Assembly (NCBI GenBank): GCA_040954595.2
Contig: CM082585.2
Location: forward strand, 5,295,808 to 5,359,807
DNA length: 64,000 nt
Direction of reading: 5' to 3'
From: Balanoglossus misakiensis
Taxonomy: Eukaryota; Animalia; Hemichordata
The position numbers were made by a program, and so were the translations under genes. The notes under the pieces were generated by a model. It made no database searches. It was not told where the DNA came from and worked only from the letters and a program-made list of their open reading frames with translations. The number at the start of each line of letters is the position of its first letter. Position 1 is the stretch's first letter. Positions 14,591-27,100 of the stretch are shown piece by piece.

Positions 14591-15138
14591 CATGCATCCT
14601 TGTGCATATCATTTCCTTTGTCTCAGCGGCCGCTGGTGGCGGTGGTGGTGGTGGAGTAATTATTGGGAATGTTAAAGCCAAATGACGAACTGGCAGAAAG
14701 TAATAAACATGTAAGTCTTAACGACAGCGTGTACATGCATGTAGCAATAAAGGATAAGGATAATCTGAAATCTTATGCAATCTACCTGTATTATTTTGCT
14801 TTCTAGCCTTCCCGTCTCTAATGCAAAAGTGAAAAAAAACAACATATTTTTTTCCATGCTTCTTGTAGAACAATTATTACGTGAGAAATGCACACCCTGC
14901 CGTGTTCGTCCTCCACGCAAAAATAGCGGTACATTATCCATCAATAATTCATTATTTCTGTCATTAAAGCGTCTGAAAAATGAATCAGCGTCGTTACCAG
15001 CATGAACATCATTATATACGTTTAAAAATTTGATAAGGAAAATTTAGCTTCATATATGTAAACCTCACTGGATCTCTGTTTGATGTTCAATCAGATAAGT
15101 TGTTTTTCATCATCAAGCGACTGTCAGAAAGTATTAAT

Positions 15139-15258
15139 CTTTACGGCCCTGATACGGGTTTTGCGGCCCGAGGTCGTACGGCGGAAGCGCCCGACCGCAG
15201 GGAGGGCGCGAATCGCCGTACGACCGAGGGCCGCAAAACCCGTATCAGGGCCGTAAAG
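15139..15258. repeat. GC-rich 120-bp hairpin, probably part of a non-autonomous DNA element
   Basis: 31-bp perfect inverted repeat 15139-15169 / 15228-15258, plus inner stems ggtcgtacggcg/cgccgtacgacc and gcgccc/gggcgc. Confidence 0.85.
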
Positions 15259-18200
15259 GTTTTATCATATGCCTTATTGAACGATAATCTACAAGAAACT
15301 AATAAAATACACATTCTGTAATATTTTGGAATGTAAATATTACGTTTTTATCTATCGTTTTGAAGTGATCAATCCCGTAGCATAGAGGCGCATTCCTCCA
15401 GTACTTGCGGATTGATATGCGCGATGTCATTTGTTTACATTCTATTGCACGTGAGATATAGACGCGCTCGAACTCACACAGCCGAGCGCGAGCAAAACAT
15501 TATTTTTTCTTCGCGACGATCGACGCCGACAGTCACACATTAATCAGATCAAATCATCAATTTTTCTATTCATATTTCCAAATAAAGCTCTACAACATGC
15601 AGCGATTACGGGAGATGATGGGATTCGGTAGCAGCATAGGACATACACACACTGCAAGTGCACTAGTCACTGACACCGCACCAGAAAAAATTAATTCAGA
15701 ACGTAGCAACGACAACTTTCGAATCTCGCGCAATAAACACAAAACTAGATCCGGATAGTGAACGCGTCTTCCAAATATGGTCACCGGGCCGGGGCGTGAT
15801 AAGCAAAAAAACTGCACGGATGTGAGGGCGCTTTCCCCCATAGACTTTACATTGGCACGTGAATATAGGCATATGATAACAAGTTTTCAATAATATATAA
15901 CGCAACAGATTGATCGATTTTGTGACATTGAAAGGGACTGCTTGCTCTGTGATAAATATTCAACAGCACAGAAGGATGCTGTGACATCGTCTGAAAAATT
16001 GTAACCTGTTTTCTTTCAAATACTCGTGAAATTGCCTATCGATTTGTTTTATGTTAATGAATGAAATAAAGTCTTACTTCCAAATTGAATGCTCTCTTTT
16101 GAAAACAACTTGAAAGCATATTGATAACGAATGATAATGGCGGAAGTTGCACTGGTATAATGTATTTAAAGATTTCAGTTCCTTATTTCCGACTATTCCA
16201 ATAACACGAGCCACCGCCACCAATGCCGTAAGCTTGCTCGCAATAGGAGATAATTTAATGTTTGATCATCTCTCGTAAATTGTCAATATCTTTCGCACAT
16301 TAAATAGCACACAATCTCAGACAATCAACCTTAATTTGGGTTCATTTTAATTTGTTGTAGGGAAACCAATAGCGAATGGAGTTAACGGACCAAGTTACCG
16401 CCAACCGAAGAGTAGCAATAACTCGAAAGCGTGCACCATACTTTAGTGTGAATAAATTAAAGAGACCCTACAGAAATGATGGATATTTCGTACCTGTGAT
16501 AGCTGCGTCTATTATTTACGATGAGGGATGTTGCTGACTACCAGAATGTTTTGAAGTCAGACGAAGATGTTAGAAAATTTCACTCCGATAGAAATGTCCA
16601 GAGATAACTTTGTGTCCAATAACACCGACATCTCGGGATTGTCGCCCGTAACGTATACATACATGTAATAAATCATTTCTGCTTGGGCGCCCTGCGAATG
16701 CTGATCTCGTGGATCTTACTGAACTGCACAAATATGACACCTGACACGAAAATATGCCTTAAATCAGCAATCTAGAAAACAGTGTATTTGATCATCGAGT
16801 GAGAAAGATGATATCTCGTCGGTTTTTTACACCGGGAACTATACTGCTCTATCAATATAAGGAAATGATTTCATCTGTGAAATGGGTAATTTTCCCTTTA
16901 TGTTCATGACAAAACATTTCTTACGGTACGTTTTGTACAATTACATTTTGAATGATTTTACTTGACATTTTCCCCGTAACTGCAGTCGGTCTATTTCACA
17001 AAAGGGCCCCATTTTGAGCGTACAGAACCTGTTTACTGATAGGTCCACCAATATTTTAGTTGTGGTGAAGAATCCGTAATTTGCATTGGTGTTCCACTGA
17101 AAGAATTAAATTTATTTCCTCTTGTAACTTATACTTGCAGCGTGTATAGAAAGTATAACTTCCTAATATTTAAAGAATGTTTTCTGTTGGGGGGAAATTT
17201 CTACCACTACTTTTGAAAATTAATAAATCCCTTGATTGGGATGGCTTGTTCCCGATATTCTATTTGCCAAACAAGAGATATTGAATTACATTTACGTGTT
17301 AGTCTGTCGCTCTCACAGAGAGCGGCGTATGCTTTAGCCTAATCTCGTGCAGAATGATTATCGTTCACCAAACCGAGTTACAAGATAAGTTGAATTTTAT
17401 CAAACGTCTTCTACTATAGTTATTCATTTTGACTATTTTACACAACCCGTAAATGTAAAGAAGTATATTTATCTGCTATATTGTCTTAAAATTTTAGACA
17501 TCTGTACATATTTACTAATGTGATATGGGTTTATGTTCTGATGTGTTATAAATTCTGAAAATAGAAAATAGTCTTTTACTCCTGAGTGTCGTTGTCTCCT
17601 TTCCGTTATAGCGACTCAGCGGTAGAATGTTAACGCCTCCATTGCACACGTTTGTGTTAGACACACTTTGTCATGACAAAGGCTTTTGGTCGACTTAACC
17701 ATGAGGATTTCACCCTTATAATGCTATTACCGTGAAAGAGTGGACAAAGATGCTGAATATGGCGTTGCATACAACGATGAACTCTTACAACGTGCGTCTG
17801 AACACGTGTTGATGTGTGTAACTGATCATTGAGTATCAGACTCGTACGATTTCAAACGCCCCATGTTTACATGTACATGTAAGCGTGATGTATTCCCGTC
17901 CGGTGAACAACAAGACTGAAGACGGAATGCTACTGACGAACTAACGACTAATTTACGCGCCAACTAGGTAAATAGAGAGACCGGAAGACAATTGGGTGAC
18001 ACCTACATTCTCACTTGCCTCTTGATTTTATTAAAAGTGTAATAACTTCATTGCAAATTTCTACATCCCATGAATACAAAATCAAAATTCGGCATGTTCC
18101 TTTTTGTGTCTCGGTGTACGAAATACTTCTTTTCACGTGTTAAATCTAACAAGAGCATATAGCAAACAGAAGGAGACTTTCCCCGGATATGACGTCATGA

Positions 18201-18561
18201 GCTCTCTTCATCATGGCTTCCAAAATGGCCGCCAGTGTTACCATGCGCTAGTCTTGAAACCTTTCGCTCGGGTTTGTTTCACCGAGCCTTCGTAGATAAC
18301 ACGAACCTGAGATTAAACGACAACGATGATGGGTGCAAATTATTTTCCCGAACTTTTGAAGTGACATTTTTTGCAAAAAACTGTTAAACTCTGACGTCTC
18401 TGATTCCAGCTTGCGCAATTCGTGTGTGTCGTCGACGATAGCAGGTTGATGGACACTAGGGGCTAGCTCAATGTAAACTTTTTATATGAAAACGTGTATG
18501 GAGAAACTGGTTTTCATTTCCAAAACACTGTGTTTGTGTGTGTTAAATGACAAGAGAATAA

Positions 18562-20281
18562 TTAGCGACGTACCTCTTCGAGACTATCAAGAAAATCGTA
18601 AATATTTGCAACCATTTCTTCCGTTTCTTGATCAAGCCGACGTAAAAGTGCCAGTGATTCCATCGTGCTGTCTGTCGCTCGTTTTCGCCGCCAGGCACTT
18701 GTTTGAAAACTGAAAAAAATAGAATAAATTACAATTTCTCCTACAATAAAGACGTCAAAAAAGAATGGAAGGCGTGAAGATATAACGATGGCACCTGATA
18801 CCGGAAACTAACCCTAAGCCCATCACGAATCCTGGCAAGAAGTGGTCGGTTGGGAATGTCCGGGTAGCAAATGTTCAGAGTCTGACGTAGAATTACTCCA
18901 AGTCTAAGGGCTTCGTTATTTCATAATATATACATTTTTTTAAATTGTTCCGAGTCTCCCTATGTAGCGTGTGTGGAGTAAAAGACAGCGAGTTCAGCGC
19001 GTGTGTCTAGGAAATGGTTGACGCTACCCGAAACCACGAGCTCAGTCCGAAATTCGAAACTCGCCTCACTACCAGAAACACGCTCAAGGCAAGCATACAC
19101 ACAAAAAGTATTGAGATTATTTATAAAGACAAAAAATCACCGCAAACACACACAATGTATTGAGATTCCAAAAATCACCAAGCGACTAGTGGGCTAGACT
19201 AGGTCTGAGGATAAGCTCCCTGATACCGAACGTAACACTTGGCTGACGTCATATTTCTGCGCCCTTTGCAAGTTCCAACAGCTAAGGGAATGTACACTGG
19301 TATATGTTCATGATGGCATTGAAAGTGGCAAGACGTGTGTGCCACTTGCATCATCAAGTGTCGGCAAGTAGGCTTAATGAGGATTAGCCGGTTAATCTTT
19401 AAAATCGGCATCAGAATGTCTCGATTAAAAGGCGGTTAGTCATAAACCGTGATACAAAAAATTATGTTAAAAACCCCGGTAAATGATGACATATCGAATT
19501 TCCACTATTTCATATAATTAACGTGCTTATCTTCATTCTCATTATTGAGTGATATAAATCTGGCAAAACATGGATAAATTTATTAAAAATTGGCAAAAGT
19601 TCAAGTACTAAAAATGGTTTCAATACCACGGGCCAAAAATTAGTAGAATAACAATGGAACGATAAGATTCGTTGAATGTTTTTAACATAGAAAAACTATA
19701 GGGGGAAATCTGTCTCAAAATTAAGCTCGGCTACGAGTTGTCCAAAAATACCACAAAATCTGCAAATTTATCTGGAAATATCAATACTTTTAGTCTGTTT
19801 CGCGGAAATACCAATTTAGACTGCTTTAATCTGGGTAGTTTACAGACGAATATGAAGTTGCTATATTCGTGTCGAAGCTTAAATGATTACTGAGCTATCA
19901 AAAGTTTAACGAAAGAAAAATGTTGGTAAAAACATATAGTCTGCTGCATTTGATGTTCTGAATTAACTGTCATAATTAATGATGAGGTTATACGTGGGGC
20001 AGATAATTATTCCCTTACCCTGGTCCGGCACGGCGTTTCTCCGGGAGGATGGTCGAAGTCTTCGCCCTTGCGATCTCCGTGCTTTTGGGGTCGATCTGTG
20101 AGATGGTTCCCAGGAAGATGGTGATACTGTCCAGCACCTCGGCCGCGTCCTCGTACATCTCCACCACTTTGTTGACGCGCGTCTGCACCGCCGCTAGCTG
20201 GTCGCTCGACTCGTCCACCGGCTTGGAGGCCGCGGCGACGGCCATGAACAGGAGACACGCGTACACCTTCTGGTCCATCAT
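18562..20281 (-). CDS. Putative neuropeptide / peptide-hormone precursor (~136 aa prepropeptide)
   Basis: Coding exon A 20281-20019 (acceptor cag|gtg near 20293, donor gg|gtaagg) and exon B 18709-18562 (polypyrimidine acceptor tttattctatttttttcag) join in frame: MMDQKVYACLLFMAVAAA-SKPVDESSDQL...ILPE-KRR-AGPGFQTSAW-RRKR-ATDSTMESLALLRRLDQETEEMVANIYDFLDSLEE(VRR*). Hydrophobic signal peptide and basic convertase sites are present. The 3' end may instead splice at gag|gtacgt (18574). Confidence 0.75.
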
Positions 20282-20950
20282 TATCAGCGTCACCTGTTCT
20301 GAAATGGAGAATCGATGCATAGAAAGGGGGAAAACGATAAAATGTGTATCCTTAATGCGCCAAGTAAAGGACACACCTGCCTAATGTGCTCCAAATGTGG
20401 GTCTTTTCAGAGCACTAAGCGGGATTTGTCATGCACATTTAGACTGACGGCGTACTCTTGGAAACTGTTGCGCGCCACATGAAAAATTTAGTACTCTCAG
20501 CGACTAGAATCTGTATTTGATTCGTGGGCCGATTTAGTTTTCAATGATGGCTGAAAGAGATGATATTGGCGCGAAATCCGTGTGTATGGCAGCTGGTCAT
20601 CACATGAAACTATTACCGGAGTCTCGTTTAGATAAATCGCTCGAACAGAGAGCGTGATGAAGGTTTTAGCCCAGCATATCCAAGACGCGCTGCTACGCAA
20701 GTCAGGCGTTTTCAGGAATATTCGCAAGCGTTTTCACCTGGCTATCAATCTTGGCTGTAGCGTTAACCGAAGACGAGGGACAAGCCTGACAAGACTAACC
20801 GGAATGGGGGGCCAAGCGATTCGACAACACGTAAATGTTTGCAACGGCAGCATGAAATTCAAACGTGAAAATCACTGTATTTCACACCGTAGTCCTGGCT
20901 GTACGCGTTTTGCAGCGAACGAAACTAATATCCACTGTAGAACGACTTAC

Positions 20951-21112
20951 CTCTTAGTTCTCCGAACCCTGCTCCAACACTTAGAAAAATGATCCCACTT
21001 TTGTGTCAGCCCAAATGAAACCTTGAGAATTATCCGTTAATAGCGTGTCGCGGCGTCTCAGGAATACTCTACCACACTGTCAAGCGAACGTATAATCCCC
21101 CAGTCTTAAATA
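20951..21112 (-). promoter_or_regulatory. Likely TATA-like box and non-coding first exon of the prepropeptide gene
   Basis: On the minus strand a TATTTAAG element at ~21112-21105 is followed ~30 nt later by an Inr-like CAGT, then a consensus donor ag|gtaagt at 20951/20950, upstream of the ATG-containing exon. Confidence 0.4.
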
Positions 21113-24100
21113 GAGCCGACGGCAAACTATATTATTTGTATTAATATTAAAGAGAAATATCTGGGTTACTGGAAAGAATCACATGTCAAATTCTGCACAA
21201 ATGTGTTTTTTTTTCTCCGTCGTTTAAATATTGACACGCGAGAGTCGGTGGGCTGGGCTGGCCCGCCAAGTGTCTCAGAGTCTAACAACAGGTGCGTCTT
21301 TGCTCACGATGGCCGAAGAGGCGTGTATGAAGCAACATGGAGCTCTCCCACTCACTATATACTGCGCAGTTATTGCACGGTTACACTTAATTGGTGATCA
21401 TAATAGATGTACTGTATACAGGGGTCGGAAACTACACTTGTCGACAAATTTGGACAAAGTTGACCCCACTTCGAACGTCAGGTTCAATTGCAGCGGCAAA
21501 TATTTGCCGTTAAACTAGAAGGTCACACGCTCTTAGCAACGTCGGGAAGACAGAAGAACGAAGCTAATTCTCAGGTGTCCGACCCAAGCCCCACGCATTG
21601 CAACAACAACAAACACCTCCCACTTCGAACGCAATAGTTATACATAATTTATAGTTTGCAACATAAAGCCATTACCATGGTGTGTCACGTATGACCTATT
21701 CCGACAAGCTTCACATTTACACACACAAAAGTTAATCACGCCCCTCAGAAAGTTCAACGTGAGAGCTTTGATTTGAACGTGCTGAAACGACTCAGTATTC
21801 CCGTGTGATTTTCTTGGAGCGAATAATGCTAAATTTGAAGAAACCGCACTGAAATGTATCGGTAACAAGTAATATGCCATCCACCTTCCGATTGCTTTCT
21901 TATCAATCTTTCATGTAAACGTTATATAAAATTAGTATCCCAGGATATAATATTTGTGTCGTGATGCAAGTAGATTTGCCTCGCACCATTTGAACTGCAT
22001 TGCTTGCGTCAGAGGATGTTAACGATTGAGTTCACGGCGACCAGTTTCAATCGGTTATTAGATAAAAAAAATCGTCTTGATACCCGGATTATGCACCATT
22101 CACGACAAGGGAGGAATGTCTATGAAAGGAAAGGAGAAGCTAGCTTATCGCTCAAACCTGCTAAACGATCAACAAGACAGTTGTCGCGGGAAAACGAATG
22201 GACCGGGCCACATTTCGTCGTCTGGTATTGATTATGGCTGGGGTAGGGATATTTTCTGACTCTACCGCGTAGTCTAAGAAATACCAAAGGTGAAACAGCT
22301 TGGTGGAGAGTGTGGACTCACAAAATGATAACAAAGAAATATGAATTGATCCTTTTAACTGTGAAAATGTTACATCATTCTGTGATACTTTGGGAGTTGA
22401 ATTTTAAGTGCCGGACGGGTATTGCTTCGTTACCTTTAGCACAGTGGCGTCTGTAGCAGAAGATTCCCCACGCATTTCTAATCAAAACGTACAATTAAGC
22501 ACATTGCTTACTAAGAAACACTGAAAAAGTCCTTATTAACATATAGCAATTTAGAACTTATTAATTTAAAGTTTGCAAAACAGTGGTGATATGTGTGCGA
22601 AGTTTGGCTGATCAAGCCACACAGAAACTCATCGTCTGAACACAAGGTTCAAGGGCATGATCAGCTGTTTTAACATTGTGTCTGCTACCGGATTTTGCGG
22701 AAATGTGCACTTTGTCATCGCTTGTACTCAGCAGAAATCATCTTGGGCACACAAAGTTCAAAACAGCGCCGTAAACATTTATGCAATCTTTAAAAACGGG
22801 AACTTCAATCGTTGCCAATTGTCCCCCGCGCTCTGTATCAGAATAACCCAGCTTATGCAAACATTACGGACCCGAAGCCAAACATTGACGCAATTAAGAA
22901 GTAATACCTCCTCGAGTATTTAACAACCGTCCCCGCCATAAAATCAGCAAGAAAGACAACACCATCACCAGGGAAACAGACACCCAAGGTGTGATTAGAT
23001 TGAATATTTCAAACATTTATGTCCCTGTATTAGTCGGCTCCTGGCAGTGAACATTTCCAACAGCTGCCTGATCGTTCGCAGTTATTAATAGGTACCGCGC
23101 GCTTACCGCAATGACTGATATAGGTGCCTGACAGCACGTGGGCCCATCACCATGGTATCTACCTCGACGCGACTTTTGATTGGGTTAGGTAATATTCCAA
23201 AATGGCGTGATTGTGAAATCCAATCTAGTCCGTCGATTGATATGGACCGTTTTACGTTTAAAAATGCACGTAAGCTCAGCCGGTGGAGAATAAAGGTTTC
23301 AAAATATTTTATGGTCATAATTTCTTTGATGCCGTTATACCAATAGTGTTTATGATGAATGTATAAAAGTAAAAACGGGGGAAAATGAAAACCGGTTTAT
23401 TCTTCAGTCTTACACAAAATGACACAGAAATAGAAACACAGAAAGATTGCCAATTGTCTCGGATGTTTTACAAGAATCACTGGCCAGATGGTGCTACAAC
23501 GTCTGGACTCTGTTGTTGAAGAACTTCCTGAATGTTTCTCGAGAGCTGACGTCCTTCCCGCGTAAATATGAGATGTAAATTCCGAGTTCGAATAGTGTAA
23601 AATGTTACTTTATTGGACGAACATCTTTCCCAATGTCCTTGAAATGAGACAACGTTGTCTATGTCAAGGTGACCCGGCATTCCTGGTGTGGACCGAGCAA
23701 GTTTTGATGAAAGTTATTGGCTGCGAGATATTTGTTCCCCAAAGTTGACTAGTGCCTAGTTAAAAAATAAACATGCCCCCGTACCTCGTGGTTAATGACG
23801 CCATGTTAACTTTTAAGAACCATCTCCTAATTTAACTGACATTTAAGGATTTGAAAACTTATCAGCTTGTGAACGACTGAAGATGTTGCCTTTGGCTCAA
23901 AGAGAATGAGCTTTTCTGGTGTCGGAAAGGGCTTCACCAAAAGTCTCCTGGCCGGGGGCACAGTAATTAAAATGGAAATCCCGCGTGGGGTTCTACTACA
24001 TTGGTCGGTATGTGTTCGATACTGAATGTCAAAGAGCACATATTTTAGTCTGTATCATCTAGTCGTGCGTGATGACGTCACAGGCTGTCATGGGAAAACG

Positions 24101-27100
24101 GCTATATGTGGATTATATACAGTTGTTCACAGCCGTCGTTTATACTGGCAGCATAGTGGAATAGGCTGAAAATTGAGTGAGCTTTGCTAAAATGCATTAT
24201 TTAGTGAAAATCCGTCGTGCTCGTTGGCCGAAAGATTATCGGATACCGTATTATAAGCCGCACATGCAAAATTACTATTTTTTTTTTGCTACTTTTATGC
24301 AGATTCAATGTTGCTGTTGTCTCGCCATTGTATTTTTGGACAAAGGGGATTGTAGGCGGGCGCGGCGTCGTGTTGTGGGGATAACTTCCCCTCTCTTTTC
24401 ATAGTCTGCCCCAGTTTGTGGCGGGAAACAGCAACTCTTTTGCGGAGCTTCGCTCTAACGTACACCGCTGCAACATTTCCGAAAGTATCCTGTAGTCGAC
24501 GTTTCCGAAACGCAACAAAAACAGTCAGTCCTCTTACTAAACGCACTTCATCGCTAGATCATTTGTCAAATTTATCGTACAGATACGGATGTTGAATGTT
24601 GAATGTAACAAGTTAACTACTTCGCGATCTAAATGATATCGTTTTCAATTTTGCTGGATTGAATGGGGTAGTAAAGGAACTTATAATGGTCACGACGTCG
24701 CGATGCTCCAAATATTGAGAGGTGTACTTTGCAAACAAATTATGGCATATTTGCTCCAAGTCAAACACTGCACATTCATGTTTATTGCATTGATGGTTGA
24801 AGCGGAGAAGGCACTTTTATTTCCATAAATAATTAATGCATAGCAACTCCTCTACTCGTGTGTGTGTGTGTGTGTTTTGACTGTGTACACAATAGTAATA
24901 TACCTAGCAGATCTTCAATGCACAGAAGCCTGCGCAAAATGGAAATCTTTACAGACGATTCAAGAAACATATAACATCAAAACTTTAAAGCAAGTGAACA
25001 CGTTTAATCAGGTATATATGCTAGATTTTTGTTCATTGAGCATTATTGCTGAACTCAAAATGGGAGGTTTTTGAATAAAATATTGTAAGCCTTCGTATAT
25101 TTCTGATCGTGATAGAACTTCTGTCGCATGCTAATTTGGGGATGATGACGTTGACTTTAAGAAAGAAGACAGATATATTAATCGGGTACGTGTTCAGGTT
25201 AAAGCAGAAATCGCCATTTGCAAATACTACGTGCAAACATCCTCATAATGGATGCAGCTTTTCAGATGTTCCTTTTGTCGGTCGACAGCAAAATATGAGT
25301 AATTCTCAACCACGTTTATCACGCAGATGGAAAAATGCCGACCTCCATACACGAATCCGCCATTAGTTAAAACAACACGCCGACGAGTATTCTGGTTTTT
25401 ATGCTGTGAAACTTTCCATCTGACTTTTCACCGCGAAAAACAACGTTCTGCCAATTTTATCGAACTCGGCGCTGTGTCAATTTTCATAACACTAACTGTC
25501 GCTCATAAAAATTTGAACTTTTTTTCTTAATATCCTGGATACGATTCATCGACATCGGATAGGATTACTTTTGTCAAATAGATGTGCCTTTTCCAGGAAA
25601 TCAGTGATCATAACTATATAAGCTTTCTATGAAATTTAATCCTTCATTTACACTATAATAATGGTCAACAGTCTCTTTTTATATCAAACATATTCTGCAT
25701 TCACAATGATGATGTACGGTTAACAATTGAATTACACATAATACTGACGCTATAACAGTGACTTAAGTGGCCTTTTTACTTCCGAGCGACAACAAGATTT
25801 GATTTTCCATTAAGACAGACAGACAGACAGAATGATATTTCTTCAAGAAAGTAAAGTATTTATCACAAAGCGACATACATGTACCGTAATTGACACATGC
25901 AGTTACGGTCGCCATTAAATTTGGACTTTTGCGAGAATACTTTTCGCTACCTCTTATTTCGATTTTCAGAAGGATCTTCTTGGTCTTTTGAAATGTTGCC
26001 TTATTTCTGTGTTGAATGAATCTTTATTCAACCAGATATATAGAGAGTTGAACATAAACTAAAGTATTACAAAAAATTGTTAGTAGAAGAAATCCTAGAA
26101 CGCTTTATCGTCTCTTTCACAATTTATCGTCCGGTGGACTACCGAGACAGAATTCCATGCCATCTCACTACACCACCTGTGGCTGCGATCTCGTAACCCA
26201 CAAACGTTTTAAGTCATGCTTATTTAATGCCAAATGTTAATGCATAACGCCAATCTTCCTAAATCGATTATTGATGCTGTGATCGACCGGAATTGTATAG
26301 GATGTGGCTAATGTGTGCGACATCACGCCAATTCCTGCATACTCTCGTTACTTTTCGAACCCATTGGTATAACATGAGTTTTATCAATTTCCAGTGTAAT
26401 ATTCCGAACAACTTTGGAAAACCGCGGGGAAACTTTGATCTGTATTTATCGATGTACATTCGCTGCACGTAGAACGAATCGCATTACGTCACGAAGTAAA
26501 GAGAATATTAAAAGCGCATATGCTGCAGGGAGATTGAATATAGACGGAACAGACTGAATGAATGAATGTACAGTTTAAAAGACTGGATTACTTTTATCTG
26601 TTTCCCTTGGGATACAGTAACACTACAAGGCCCGGAGTTGGCAAGCACGTATAAAATATGATAACTGATTTAATTTACTTTTGCAGTAATCTTGATGGCG
26701 TCGGAAAAATTCGGGCGTTACTCCTACAAGACCCGGAAGCAACAGCCACCATTATTTCGTCTCAGAAAATATCGCATTCGTGTCCATTTTTGCCTTTGGC
26801 ACGTTTTGATGGTGACTCTATTATAGTTCAGAGAGGCGCAATCTTATCTCGTTCTGCGGGGTAAAAGACACGTTTCTCTGTAAAATTCGATGAGACGACA
26901 ATTTTAGTTCTTAACGACCACAAGTGCAGTACATAATTGCAGTTTAAATGTCTCATTTCCGGTGTCATCACATGTAATATTCAGACCGACTCAGAGATAA
27001 GTAGGGTGCCCTCATCAAATGTTTAGCGAATACGCCAAATCTATCACCGTTCGTCAATAATACATGATGTTCTATGGGAAGAGCGCCTGCCTGACCAATA

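Noticed and set aside
14299-14607. YGMVW-repeat ORFs, superficially like a repeat peptide or CRISPR array
   Set aside because: Translation of a (CATAC)n microsatellite; there are no spacers.
20049-20384. + strand ORF with a hydrophobic N-terminus (MVEVFALAISVLLG...)
   Set aside because: Antisense shadow of the precursor exon; the splice signals and the in-frame second exon are on the minus strand.
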